Below, one piece after another: positions 38,786 to 48,950 of a DNA stretch of 64,000 nucleotides. The stretch spans positions 38,125-102,124 of the forward strand of contig JACPHY010000001.1 in NCBI GenBank assembly GCA_016188355.1. The letters run 5' to 3'. This stretch comes from Candidatus Uhrbacteria bacterium (GTDB taxonomy: Bacteria; Patescibacteriota; Patescibacteriia; JACPHY01). Numbering within the stretch: position 1 is the stretch's first letter; each line of letters begins with the position of its first letter. The position numbers were made by a program, and so were the translations under genes. Below the pieces are notes generated by a model that was given only the letters and a program-made list of their open reading frames with translations, did not search any database and was not told the origin of the DNA.

Positions 38786-40261
38786 ATGAGCATTGCCCTC
38801 CATACAGCAGCACGCATGCAGTTGCGCTTCCATAACAGTCTTCATCGCCGCACCGAATCATTCCGGCCCCACAAGGGCCGGACGGTGCGCATGTATACGT
38901 GTGGGCCCACGGTGTATGACTTTGCGCATGTGGGCAATCTTCGGACGTACCTGTTCGAGGATGTGTTGAAACGCGTACTCCTGCGGCAGGGATACCGCGT
39001 TCGGCACGTCATGAATATTACGGACGTTGGTCACCTGACCGACGATGCGGATCAGGGCGAGGATAAGCTCGAGCGTGCTGCGGCGCGGCAGCAAAAATCC
39101 GCAGCGCAGCTGGCGGCATTCTATACGCGAGCATTTCTCAAGGACCTGCATCGCCTCCACGTGTTGCCTGCGGACGATCTCCCGCGTGCGACTGCGTACA
39201 TTCCGCAGCAGATCGCGTTGGTGCGGCGTCTCGAGCGCCTCGGTTACACGTACGTGACGAGCGATGGGGTGTACTTCGATACCACGAAGTTTGCTCCATA
39301 CGGGACCGCGTTCGGCGGGCAGGCGCTCACGGAAAAGGAGGCGGGGGCGCGTGTGGAGGTGCGGGGCGAGAAGCGCTCTCCCCATGACTTCGCGCTCTGG
39401 AAATTGACGCCGCCGGGTGTTCGTCGGCAACAGGAGTGGGATTCCCCGTGGGGACGCGGATTCCCGGGCTGGCATCTCGAGTGTTCTGCGATGGGCCGCG
39501 CGCTCCTCGGGCAGCCGTTCGATATCCACTGCGGCGGCATTGATCATATTCCCGTCCATCACACGAATGAAATTGCCCAATCGGAGGCGGCGTATGGAAA
39601 GCCGCTCGCTCTGTGGTGGTTACATGGCGCATTCCTGACCGTGGAGGGGAAGCGCATGGGAAAATCCGAAGGCAATCTCATCACGATTGATCAGTTGGAG
39701 TCGCGTGGAGTGGATCCACTTGCGTATCGCTATTTGGTTCTGGGTGCGCATTATCGCTCCGCGCTCAACTTCACGCAGGAGGCGGTGACGGGTGCGCAAT
39801 CTGCATTGGATCGGCTGCGGGATATCGCACGGGCACTCCCGCGTATTCCGTATGCAGGGAGCGACGCGAACGGGATTGTCCGATTGCAGCGCATGATGCA
39901 ATCGGTCGACGGCCGGAAAGCGCAAGAGCATCTGGATGCGGCATTTGCGGATGATTTGGATACGCCGCAGGCACTCGCGGTGCTGTGGGACGCGGTGCAA
40001 AATGATCAGATTGCGCCATTGGAGCGTGCGGCGTTGGTTGCATCCGCGGATCAGGTGTTTGGTCTGGGGTTGGCGGAGCTCCTCGGAAAGCCGGTGCGTA
40101 TTCCGCGCGCCGTCCGGGCGCTGGCCGATGCACGGGAGGCTGCTCGTATCGCAAAGGACTGGGCACGCGCAGACGTGCTCCGTGCGCAAATTGATGCACT
40201 CGGATTTCGGGTCGAAGATACGAAACGAGGACCAGTGATCAAGAAGCAGACGAACAGTTGA
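38786..40261 (+). CDS. cysS: Cysteine--tRNA ligase
   Basis: MYTCGPTVYDFAHVGN, NITDVGH, DFALWK, PGWHLECSAM, HHTNEIAQ, RMGKS. Start may be 38816. Confidence 0.97.
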   Translation: MSIALHTAARMQLRFHNSLHRRTESFRPHKGRTVRMYTCGPTVYDFAHVGNLRTYLFEDVLKRVLLRQGYRVRHVMNITDVGHLTDDADQGEDKLERAAARQQKSAAQLAAFYTRAFLKDLHRLHVLPADDLPRATAYIPQQIALVRRLERLGYTYVTSDGVYFDTTKFAPYGTAFGGQALTEKEAGARVEVRGEKRSPHDFALWKLTPPGVRRQQEWDSPWGRGFPGWHLECSAMGRALLGQPFDIHCGGIDHIPVHHTNEIAQSEAAYGKPLALWWLHGAFLTVEGKRMGKSEGNLITIDQLESRGVDPLAYRYLVLGAHYRSALNFTQEAVTGAQSALDRLRDIARALPRIPYAGSDANGIVRLQRMMQSVDGRKAQEHLDAAFADDLDTPQALAVLWDAVQNDQIAPLERAALVASADQVFGLGLAELLGKPVRIPRAVRALADAREAARIAKDWARADVLRAQIDALGFRVEDTKRGPVIKKQTNS

Positions 40262-40289
40262 TTCGCGGGTGCCCGCGAACTGCATACAC

Positions 40290-40319
40290 CACACCACCGG
40301 ACGATCATCCGGTGGTGTG
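40290..40319. terminator. Hairpin between convergent cysS and corA-like gene
   Basis: CACACCACCGGA/TCCGGTGGTGTG; a second hairpin at 40262-40279. Confidence 0.7.
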
Positions 40320-40324
40320 TTCGC

Positions 40325-41242
40325 CTATAGCCACCGTTTCACCCTGAAATAGCCGAGCATGCCTACGGCGACCGCGGCCATAGCGCCGGCAATGCGCCAG
40401 AATCCATTTGGGTCATCGACGAAGGGAGTGCCATCGGCGCGGATGGCGAGAATGGCAGCAATCATGGAGATGGGGAAGGTGAGCACTCCGATGACCGCGA
40501 GTGCCGTGCTCACGCGGCTGGTGTGATAGCTGACGAGCGACTGCTGTGCCGCATGAATATCGCTGATCGCGCTCGTGTAATCATCGAGGAGTACGGTGAT
40601 CTCGCGCGCGGCGTCACGGAGTCGAGCGGCCCGGTGTTGTTGCTCCGCGTCCCGTGTATTGGTCAGCGCGGTGCAGAGCCGCTCAATAGCAACGACATTG
40701 GGGAGAAACGCTCGGCGGAACGTGACGACATTTCTCCGGAGGAGTGCAATGTGGACGAGTTGCGTCGATTGGACATGGGCACGGATTTCGCGTTCCTGTT
40801 CCTCGATATCATTTTGGAGGTGCACGAGAATGGGGGAGCAGTACAGGAGGAATCGTTCGAGGAGGAGGAGCGCAAAGGTGTGTGCATTGCGTAATGCCGC
40901 GGTGGCCTCGGGGTCCTGATCGGCGATCGCGGTTTCCAGCTCCGTGAACACCGGAATTCCATTTTCGTGCACGGTAATGATCGTGCGCGGCAGGATGAAG
41001 ATGTCCACTTCTTCGCTTCGGATAGCCCGTTCCGCGCGATCATATCGCGGAAAGAGCAGGATGGAAAAGATGGAATTCGTCCGGATTTCTGTTTTCGGGC
41101 GCTGTTGCGGGGGGAGGCAGTCGCGGATGTCTCGGGGGTCGAGATGGGGAAATTGTGCGTGGAGCGCATGCAGGCGCGATACGTCTCGATCCGTGCAATG
41201 GATCCATTCGATGGTGGTACGCGATCGGCGCGTGGGAGACAT
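40325..41242 (-). CDS. CorA-family divalent cation transporter, divergent
   Basis: QRPK, EVDIFI..IITVH, long helices, two C-terminal TMs ending YFRVKRWL. The canonical GMN motif is absent. Confidence 0.8.
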   Translation of the reverse strand: MSPTRRSRTTIEWIHCTDRDVSRLHALHAQFPHLDPRDIRDCLPPQQRPKTEIRTNSIFSILLFPRYDRAERAIRSEEVDIFILPRTIITVHENGIPVFTELETAIADQDPEATAALRNAHTFALLLLERFLLYCSPILVHLQNDIEEQEREIRAHVQSTQLVHIALLRRNVVTFRRAFLPNVVAIERLCTALTNTRDAEQQHRAARLRDAAREITVLLDDYTSAISDIHAAQQSLVSYHTSRVSTALAVIGVLTFPISMIAAILAIRADGTPFVDDPNGFWRIAGAMAAVAVGMLGYFRVKRWL

Positions 41243-41331
41243 ATACAAGAACAGTATACCGCATCTGCGCTGTGGAGATTCGTTCTATGCTACACTGTGC
41301 ATAGGTTGTCCCGCCTTATCGCGATGTGCGT

Positions 41332-41805
41332 ATGGAAGGCCCTCTGCCGGAGCATGCCCGTGGACTCGAACGAGTGGATCATGCGCTCGATCGGCGTGAA
41401 AATCAGGCGGGACCGGTAGCGGTGGAGCGCATGGCGGACCGCGCAGCAAGTGCTGCCCCGGTTGCGCCGCCGGCCGCCCCGGTTGCGCAGGCGGCTGCTC
41501 CGCAAAAATCGCCGCTGCGTGAGGAGATTGAGCAGGCGCTCGCAGATGATCGACTCCGAAAATTGTATCTCCACCTCGCACCGGCGGTGCAGGCGAGTTT
41601 TCGTGAAGCGGCGCTGCGGCTTGCGGAGCGCATCGAGCGTATGCTCGCGAGCGGAAAACTGGATATTCATGATCTCCATGAGGGGATTACGAATTGGCTT
41701 CGCGTCATTCCGAATGTAAATCGGTGGTTTCTGCTGCAGGAAGCCAAAGTGAAGACCGACGCTATCCTCGTACTTCAAGCGAAACGCACCGCTGCTCGTG
41801 GGTGA
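41332..41805 (+). CDS. Conserved-looking hypothetical protein upstream of the VirD4-like ATPase
   Basis: IEQALADD, WLRVIPNVNRWFLLQEAKVKTDAIL; promoter TGCTACACT at 41288-41296. Confidence 0.75.
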   Translation: MEGPLPEHARGLERVDHALDRRENQAGPVAVERMADRAASAAPVAPPAAPVAQAAAPQKSPLREEIEQALADDRLRKLYLHLAPAVQASFREAALRLAERIERMLASGKLDIHDLHEGITNWLRVIPNVNRWFLLQEAKVKTDAILVLQAKRTAARG

Positions 41806-41813
41806 GCTGTCCT

Positions 41814-44249
41814 GTGCCCATTGATTTCCTCATCGCCGCCATCGTGCTCCTCCTCGCGATCGTGTGTATCGTTGTGGTGCTGTTTATTGTTCGTGCGATT
41901 GCGCGTCGCTCCGCCATGCTGCGCGCCGCCTTCGATCTCGTGGTGCTCCAGGTGTTGGTGCCAAAGGATGCGCAGGGTGGCGACAAAGGAGATCAAAGCA
42001 TTCAAAAAATTCAAGAGGCGATCGCGAAAACGGAAGTATTTTTTACGTCGATCGGCGGGCTTCGTGCGCAGCGGGGCATGGGTTCTTGGTTTCGCGGTCG
42101 TACGGATCACATCGCATTTGAAATCGTGGCCCATGACGGCCAGGTGAAGTTTTTTGTTGCCGTCCCGAACGCCTTGCGCTCCTTTTTGGAGGAGCAATTG
42201 CATGCGCAACGATCAGACGCGTACATTGATGTCGCCAGGGATTACAACATCTTTCAACCGACCGGCGTGGTGCTGGGTACGACGCTCACCCTGAAACGGT
42301 CGGGGTATTTTCCAGTGAAATCATATAAGAAGTTGGACGCGGATCCGCTGGATGGACTCACGAATGCAATGAGCAAGGTCACGGAACTCGAGGGAGCAGC
42401 GATCCAGCTGGTGGTGCGCTCTGCGCGGAAGGAGTGGCGATCGGGAGGGGTGAGCATTGCGTCGAAGATGCAGCAGGGAAAGACGCTCGACGAGGCGATG
42501 GGCGGTGGATGGATGTCCGGACTCTGGAAGAGTGTGGGGGCGGCATCGGGAACGGCATCCAAACAACCGGAAAAAATACACCAGCTGTCGCCGATGGAGC
42601 AGGAGATCGTGAAAGGGCTCGAAGAGAAGGCGGCGAAGTTTGGGGTGGACGTGAATGTACGGGTGCTCGTGTCCGCAGAAACGAACGACCGAGCCAAAAC
42701 GCTGCTGGCCTCCATCACGCAGGCATTCGCGCAGTACAACATTCCGCAGTACGGCAACATGTTTGTGACCGGCGGCACATCCTCTGCGCCGAAACTCATC
42801 GAGCAGTTCATCTACCGGAAATTTGATGAGAAGAAGCGGTTGGTGCTCAACGTGGAGGAGATGGCGAGTGTGTGGCACTTGCCGCTGCCGACAACGGAAA
42901 CTCCGACGGTGCAATGGCTGTCCTCCCGTCGGTTGCCGCCGCCCGTGAACATGCCGCAGGAGGGTGTGATCCTTGGAGAGTCCAACTACCGAGGGAAACG
43001 GGTGCTCGTGCGTTTGAAGCGCGCGGATCGGCGTCGGCACGTGTACGCCATTGGAGGTACGGGGACAGGAAAAACGACGGTCATGGAGAACATGTGTGTG
43101 CAAGATATCCGGGCGGGGGAGGGGGTGTGCGTCATTGACCCGCACGGCGAATTTGCGGAGCACATGCTGGCGAACGTCCCGAAAGAGCGCGCGGATGACG
43201 TGATCTATTTCGATCCGTCGGATGTGGAGCGCCCTCTGGGACTCAACATGCTTGAGGCGGATACGCCAGAGGCGCAGGATTTTGCCACGCAGGAAATGGT
43301 GGCCATTTTCTATAAGCTCGTCACGGATCCCTCCATGATTGGTCCGATGTTTGAGCATTACATGCGGAATGCGATGCTCACGCTCATGTCCGATCCGAAA
43401 AATCCGAGCACCATCGTGGAGATCCCGCGCATTCTCACCGATCCAGAGTTCCAGAAGCTCAAATTAAAGAACGTTACCGACCCGATTATTCGGGCGTTCT
43501 GGGAAAAGGAATTGCCGCAGACTTCCGGTCAGACCAAGGGAGAGATGCTGCCATATTTGGTTTCGAAGATTGGGCGATTCCTCGAAAATACGATGATGCG
43601 GAATATTATCGGGCAGCAGCGCTCCGCGTTCGATTTTCGGCAGATCATGGATCAAAAGAAAATCCTGCTCTGCAACTTGAGTAAGGGAAAGATCGGTGCC
43701 ATGAACTCAGATCTCCTAGGACTCATCATCATCACGAAGCTCCAAATGGCTGCATTGGCGCGTGCGAATGTGCCGGAGGATCAGCGACCGGATTTTTTCT
43801 GCTACATGGATGAGTTCCAGAATTTTATTACGGATTCCATCGCGATCATTCTTTCCGAGGCACGGAAATACCGTCTGGACCTCATCATGGCACACCAGTA
43901 CATCGCACAGCTGGTCAAAAGCAATGATACGCGCGTGCGTGATGCGGTGTTTGGCAACGTCGGGACCATTATCTCCTATCGTATCGGTGTAGATGATTCT
44001 GAATTGATCGCGAAGCAACTGGCGCCAGTAGTGTCGGAATTCGATGTACTGAATATCGAGAAGTTCAATGCGTATGCACGCATCATGATCGACAACACTG
44101 CACAGAAAGCATTCAACATGCGGGTGTTCGCCCCTTCATTTGGCGATCAGCGGATGTTCGATGCGCTACGTCAGCTGTCTCGACTGAAGTACGGTCGCGA
44201 TCGCGCTATTGTCGAGACGGAAATTTTGGAACGATCGCAGCTCGGGTGA
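41814..44249 (+). CDS. Membrane-anchored VirD4/TrwB/HerA-like P-loop ATPase
   Basis: N-terminal TM, DRRRHVYAIGGTGTGKT (Walker A), IDPHG, YMDEFQNF (Walker B), SEARKYRL..AHQY..Q, AVFGNVGT. Confidence 0.88.
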   Translation: MPIDFLIAAIVLLLAIVCIVVVLFIVRAIARRSAMLRAAFDLVVLQVLVPKDAQGGDKGDQSIQKIQEAIAKTEVFFTSIGGLRAQRGMGSWFRGRTDHIAFEIVAHDGQVKFFVAVPNALRSFLEEQLHAQRSDAYIDVARDYNIFQPTGVVLGTTLTLKRSGYFPVKSYKKLDADPLDGLTNAMSKVTELEGAAIQLVVRSARKEWRSGGVSIASKMQQGKTLDEAMGGGWMSGLWKSVGAASGTASKQPEKIHQLSPMEQEIVKGLEEKAAKFGVDVNVRVLVSAETNDRAKTLLASITQAFAQYNIPQYGNMFVTGGTSSAPKLIEQFIYRKFDEKKRLVLNVEEMASVWHLPLPTTETPTVQWLSSRRLPPPVNMPQEGVILGESNYRGKRVLVRLKRADRRRHVYAIGGTGTGKTTVMENMCVQDIRAGEGVCVIDPHGEFAEHMLANVPKERADDVIYFDPSDVERPLGLNMLEADTPEAQDFATQEMVAIFYKLVTDPSMIGPMFEHYMRNAMLTLMSDPKNPSTIVEIPRILTDPEFQKLKLKNVTDPIIRAFWEKELPQTSGQTKGEMLPYLVSKIGRFLENTMMRNIIGQQRSAFDFRQIMDQKKILLCNLSKGKIGAMNSDLLGLIIITKLQMAALARANVPEDQRPDFFCYMDEFQNFITDSIAIILSEARKYRLDLIMAHQYIAQLVKSNDTRVRDAVFGNVGTIISYRIGVDDSELIAKQLAPVVSEFDVLNIEKFNAYARIMIDNTAQKAFNMRVFAPSFGDQRMFDALRQLSRLKYGRDRAIVETEILERSQLG

Positions 44250-44273
44250 GTTGCATTCAAGTTGATTGGTTGT

Positions 44274-44840
44274 ATGTCGATGGCGGTCGCGATCGTGATG
44301 CTCGTTATTCTCGTCATTGTATTGGTCGCGGTGGCGGCATTTGAGGGCGTGCTCGCATGGAGCTTATTTGTGACTGAGGCTCCTTGGGTGCCACTGTCGA
44401 CGCATGGGATTGCGGCGCTCCTCGAGGGTTTGGAGCCCCTCACCTCCGGCGCGGTGGTGGTGGAGCTCGGTTCTGGAGATGGGCGCGTGTTGCGGGCGGT
44501 AGTGGATCGGTATCCGCAGGCGCGGGGCATTGGCTTGGAGCAGTCTCGGCTGCTCACCTGGTTTGCGCGGATACGAAACCGTGGGCGTGCGCTCGAATTT
44601 CGACACGTCGATTGTTTTCGGGAGTCATGGGTGGGGGCGTCGTGCGTGTTTTGTTATCTCCTTCCGCCCTCCATGTCGCTCGTGGCGAATAAAGCGTTGC
44701 GAGAACTCGCCGCCGATGCGCGTGTATTCACGCTGGGATTCCCCATTCCGGGATTGCATCCATTGCGGGTGATCGCGCATGAAAACCGAGAACCGTGTTA
44801 CGAGTACCGGGTTGGGGATATGCGAGATTCTGCGGAGTAA
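44274..44840 (+). CDS. Membrane-anchored class I SAM-dependent methyltransferase
   Basis: TM, APWVP, VVELGSGDGRV, VFCYLLP. Confidence 0.85.
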   Translation: MSMAVAIVMLVILVIVLVAVAAFEGVLAWSLFVTEAPWVPLSTHGIAALLEGLEPLTSGAVVVELGSGDGRVLRAVVDRYPQARGIGLEQSRLLTWFARIRNRGRALEFRHVDCFRESWVGASCVFCYLLPPSMSLVANKALRELAADARVFTLGFPIPGLHPLRVIAHENREPCYEYRVGDMRDSAE

Positions 44841-44883
44841 GTCCGTTGCGGTATACTAGAAATAGCTTTGCGCGTCAGAGAAG

Positions 44884-44945
44884 GAGACCTCTGCGAACAT
44901 TCAGATTCGCGCCAGGAACGCGAAAGCAATTTTTGTAGAGGTCTC
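44884..44945. mobile_element. Internally deleted 62-bp copy of the 162-bp MITE-like repeat
   Basis: Both ends intact (GAGACCTCTGC...GTAGAGGTCTC); the central 100 bp between two CGCG motifs is missing. Confidence 0.85.
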
Positions 44946-44995
44946 TAAGGAATTTTGCGGCATCGCATTTTTTGGTTTTGCAAACGTTTTTGTAT

Positions 44996-47470
44996 ATGGG
45001 TACGCCTGAATTAGTTTCCTCTGCGCGTGTCGCAGTTCCTCAGGAGCGCGTCCCGGAGACGAAGATCCGGCCGGAATTGCGCGAGGAGCCTACGCGGACT
45101 GACCGTGAACGTCTCCAGCGTGCGCAGGAAGAGTTGGAAATGCTCCAGCGGGATGCAGGTCTGCCGGGTGCTGGTCCTCGGCGCCGCATGGCGGCGCTCA
45201 AGCGATTAACGGGGCGCGTGGTCGAGGATGCGGCGGAGTTGGATCGCGCATACGCGGAGGAGATTGTTCGCATGACCGCGCGTGTCCGTGCGTTGGAACG
45301 ATCACCGCTCCCGGCAATTCGTGAGGAATTGCTGCTGGAGTATCTGTCCGCTGCAGATCAGGAGGCGTTCCGGGAAGGTCGATTGCAGTCATGCGTGGAT
45401 ATCGTGGAACGGGACGCGGCATGGCTGCGGGAAGTAGATGTGGAGCGGACGTATCACGATGATGCGTACTATCGTGCAATGTTCGGTACGGAATCAGGAT
45501 TCACGTACCGTGCACATACCCAAGAGCGGCACAATCGAAAAGAACCCATTGCGGAGACGAAGCATGAGTTTATTGATCGCGTGGTTCGTGAGCGAGAGGA
45601 TCGGTTGCGCGAGACACAAGAAGCGATGCATGTGCTCGGCATGGTTCGTGGACGGGACGGTCTCATTCGTCTCCATACGTTTGATCGACCGCACGATCCC
45701 GGCGTGTTGATCGATGCGGCACTTGCGCATGCGTTCGTGCAAGAGCATCGGCGCATTGAGGAGGCTGCGCGCATGGAAGGGGCGCAGGATACATCGGAGC
45801 GTATCCATGCGGATCGTGCTCGTCTACGGGACAATGTGCAGCGGCTCTTGGGTCGTGCCCCAGAACTCACGGTCACGCCGGAGGTTCTGTTCGAGCCGGA
45901 GGTGTGGCAGGATACGGTTGCGTTGGCGCTTGTGCCGACGGAACGCGATGCAGTGCCAGCCAACGCGGATGCGCCACCGGAACGGCGGCGAGATTTGCTC
46001 CGTGTTGTTCCTGGGGGAAGCGTCGAAGAGTCGGACGATTTTGAGATTACCGAGGATACGGAGCATGGATTGCCGGAAGCACAGAAGGAGGAGCATGTTG
46101 CGCCTGTTGCGTCCCCTGCGGTAGCGGAGCGTCGCGCGACTCCTCCGGATGTGGAGCTGGGACTTCGGGTGTTTGGTGTTCTCGACCGCGCGAAGGCGGA
46201 GGGCTGGAGCGCGAATCGTGCGGAATATGCGGTGCGGGTGACGCTGCAGACCGGCACGGAGCACGTATCCGCCGCCCGATTACAGGAATTGCAGGATATC
46301 GTCGCGGAAGATCTCGCGCAAATGCGGCGCACGGAGACGGAGGGAGGGCGGGGCACTGATACTACGGAGCAGCTTCCAGAGACCGCGCTGAGCGAAAAGC
46401 AGGCTCGTGCGCTGCGACGCTCCACCCGGTTGCAGGAAGCGCGGGATGCCTTGCGGCGTATGAAGACCGAGCTGGATGCGCACCAGGCTCGTGCGCTGCA
46501 AGATTCCGCACATGAGGATGGGCGAGAACGTCCGTCACTTGCGGGGGGAGAGGGAGCTGAGGTCGATCGGGCGCCCATTGGACCGGAGGCGGTTCGGGAG
46601 GCGCGCATCGCATATGCCACCGAGCGGCAGCGGCCATCAAAGTGGGGATGGATCGCGGAGCGGGCGAAGGGCGTTCTCACGGCAGGTTTTTCGGAATTTC
46701 GTCATTTTGTGGGATACGGGCGAGCGGCGTGGCGAGGCGAGCGAGAAATCGACACCTCGTTCCGTGCGCTGCGTGCTGAGGCGGGCGCAACTCCGGAGGC
46801 ACAATCTGCCCGTATTGGACGTCTGGTGGATGAGGCGGAGTTCCATGTGATGCAGCGTCTCACCCATTACCGGGATGAGTTCGGTGACGGCGTGCTCACG
46901 GAGGATCGCATGCAGAAGTTCCGTGAACGGCTGCATCGAAAACTCCATGCGCTCCATGACCAACAGGAGCAGGCGGATCGTGGAGAATTTCGGAATCTCA
47001 TTTTACAGTCATTCGATCCATCCTGGTGGCGTCGTGGGGTGTATGGGGTGGTAGAGTTCGCGCTTGCCGCATCCGGTATCCGCCTGCTCATTGATCATGC
47101 ATTTACGGCGACGCCGATATTGGAGCAGGTGACGCAATCGCCGCTGCCAAAATTACCAGATACTCCACCCGATCTCGTGCGTACCATGCAGGGGACCGTA
47201 TGGGACACGATGCGTCAGATGTTCCCGGGTGCGAATCATACGCAGCTCACCGATGTGGTACGGAAGGTGATGGAACATAATGGCATCGTCGATCCGACGC
47301 CCGGCTCGACCGGATTTACGCATGCGAATGGCACGCCCAATCAGTGGGCAGGGGAGCACGTGCGCCATTTGGTGGAAAGTGGGCGCAATTGGGTGGATGC
47401 GACCAAAATGCCAGAAGGATTTCCGCTTCGTATGCCGAAGGAGGTGCTGCAGTTGGTGGGTTCGCTCTAG
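44996..47470 (+). CDS. Large charged helical hypothetical protein with C-terminal TM and possible LysM-like tail
   Basis: E/R-rich coiled-coil-like body, hydrophobic GVYGVVEFALAASGIRLLI, then GTVWD..NGI..GFPLRMP. Confidence 0.7.
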   Translation: MGTPELVSSARVAVPQERVPETKIRPELREEPTRTDRERLQRAQEELEMLQRDAGLPGAGPRRRMAALKRLTGRVVEDAAELDRAYAEEIVRMTARVRALERSPLPAIREELLLEYLSAADQEAFREGRLQSCVDIVERDAAWLREVDVERTYHDDAYYRAMFGTESGFTYRAHTQERHNRKEPIAETKHEFIDRVVREREDRLRETQEAMHVLGMVRGRDGLIRLHTFDRPHDPGVLIDAALAHAFVQEHRRIEEAARMEGAQDTSERIHADRARLRDNVQRLLGRAPELTVTPEVLFEPEVWQDTVALALVPTERDAVPANADAPPERRRDLLRVVPGGSVEESDDFEITEDTEHGLPEAQKEEHVAPVASPAVAERRATPPDVELGLRVFGVLDRAKAEGWSANRAEYAVRVTLQTGTEHVSAARLQELQDIVAEDLAQMRRTETEGGRGTDTTEQLPETALSEKQARALRRSTRLQEARDALRRMKTELDAHQARALQDSAHEDGRERPSLAGGEGAEVDRAPIGPEAVREARIAYATERQRPSKWGWIAERAKGVLTAGFSEFRHFVGYGRAAWRGEREIDTSFRALRAEAGATPEAQSARIGRLVDEAEFHVMQRLTHYRDEFGDGVLTEDRMQKFRERLHRKLHALHDQQEQADRGEFRNLILQSFDPSWWRRGVYGVVEFALAASGIRLLIDHAFTATPILEQVTQSPLPKLPDTPPDLVRTMQGTVWDTMRQMFPGANHTQLTDVVRKVMEHNGIVDPTPGSTGFTHANGTPNQWAGEHVRHLVESGRNWVDATKMPEGFPLRMPKEVLQLVGSL

Positions 47471-47479
47471 TGCACATGT

Positions 47480-47812
47480 ATGACGATCCAGGAAAAAGCT
47501 CGAGAACTTGGTCAGCGCCTTGCGCATTCCACATTGCCGCAGGTGCTGAAAGATGCGATTTTGGAAGCGCTTCCTCAGAGTACGGAGCGTGAGGTAGATG
47601 CCTTGCTCCTGGCGCTACGCAACGAGGACGCACAGCTGCAGCAGCTTGAAGACGCGTCGCGCCAGTTTGTGGCTCGGACTGCGGAACAGTGGGACGCACT
47701 TGCCGCAGAGGAGCAGGCGGTTGTGGATGCGGCGGTCGAGGAATTTGTTACGGAAACTGCATCGAGTGTGCTTGCGCATGCGGTGCAGCGAGGCGCAGTG
47801 ACTCGTTCGTGA
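47480..47812 (+). CDS. Hypothetical helical protein (110 aa)
   Basis: tgtATG start 9 bp after the upstream stop; amphipathic helices. Confidence 0.7.
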   Translation: MTIQEKARELGQRLAHSTLPQVLKDAILEALPQSTEREVDALLLALRNEDAQLQQLEDASRQFVARTAEQWDALAAEEQAVVDAAVEEFVTETASSVLAHAVQRGAVTRS

Positions 47813-47858
47813 TGCAGTCGTGCGCGTGGAATTGACGTAGATAGGCAAGGGAGACGAA

Positions 47859-47890
47859 GAATCCCGTACCGATGATTCGGTACGGGATTC
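47859..47890. terminator. Hairpin between convergent genes
   Basis: GAATCCCGTACCGA/TCGGTACGGGATTC 14-bp stem. Confidence 0.75.
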
Positions 47891-47924
47891 GGGTGGTCAT
47901 CGCTGCAGCTGTGGTGTCGGGGTG

Positions 47925-48785
47925 CTATGGGAGCCGTCCCCAGAACAGCTTCAGTGCTGCTTGTGCGGCGCGATGTTCCCGTGCGTCTTCTATGGGTGAC
48001 GATGTGCAGCGCACGTCGCTGAATTTGGCGTGCGCGGCGCGTCGATCGTGGTGCGCAAATGCGACTGCTCCTGCCACGATCAGGTCATGGAGCGGGTTCG
48101 AGGAATGGCGTTCCTGGTCCGCGAGAAAGTAGAGCGTTTCCGAGACCAAGTTTCTGATGTTGGTGTTGTCGCGCACCTCTGTTTCGGCGAGTGCGTCGAT
48201 GTAGTGGACGAGTGCCTCATTGGGGCGCCTCAGGACGTCGAGGACGCGCGCAAGTTGAAAGTGTACGGCGGGATCATGGCGGTCGTGCCGGAGTGCCTCA
48301 CGGAGCACGACCTTTGCCGCATTGGGATCGCGTAATTCACGGAGCGCAATGCCCAGCGCTGCATTCAATGCGGCCAGTCCTCGAGTGAACTGTCCTTGTT
48401 CCCATGTGGTGGAGGTGCGGTGATCACGCCGTCCCATGGTTGCTGATTTGATCGCATGTCCTGCGACGCGTTTTGCCTCCTCGTGCCGACCGAGGTCAAT
48501 GAGGAGGTGTGCGCGTTTGAGCGGCAGGCAGATGGATTGGGGATAGCGGTCCATCTGCTCTTCGGTCACGGTGAGTGCTTCGTGGAGTCTCTGTTCCTGC
48601 TCCAAGGACTCGATACGTTTGAGCGCGGTGTCGACCGCAACTTCCCAGTGCGTGCAAAGCAGGTCGAGCGCAGCATTGGATGCGGGCATGGCCACCATTG
48701 ACGGGTCTCCTTTGGGTTGGAAATGGACGTGGGCACGAGATCCTCTACGCAGCGCAACTATATCCCGAGATATTTTTGTTGTCAA
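47925..48785 (-). CDS. Tetratricopeptide-repeat protein
   Basis: RAHLLIDLGRHEEA, LGIALRELRDPNAA..LREALRHD..PAVHFQLARVL. True start probably near 48698. Confidence 0.7.
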   Translation of the reverse strand: MTTKISRDIVALRRGSRAHVHFQPKGDPSMVAMPASNAALDLLCTHWEVAVDTALKRIESLEQEQRLHEALTVTEEQMDRYPQSICLPLKRAHLLIDLGRHEEAKRVAGHAIKSATMGRRDHRTSTTWEQGQFTRGLAALNAALGIALRELRDPNAAKVVLREALRHDRHDPAVHFQLARVLDVLRRPNEALVHYIDALAETEVRDNTNIRNLVSETLYFLADQERHSSNPLHDLIVAGAVAFAHHDRRAAHAKFSDVRCTSSPIEDAREHRAAQAALKLFWGRLP

Positions 48786-48950
48786 GGTCGCGACAATTGT
48801 ATCGCATAAGGTTGTTATGGTGCGGTGGGTAAGCGGGAAAGAAAATGCGAAAATAAGCGCAGGAATACGTTATGGGACGGTAGACGGATGCACGTTGACG
48901 CGATGGGAGCTGCCCCGTACGATGGAAGAGTGACTTCTTGTCTTTTCGCT

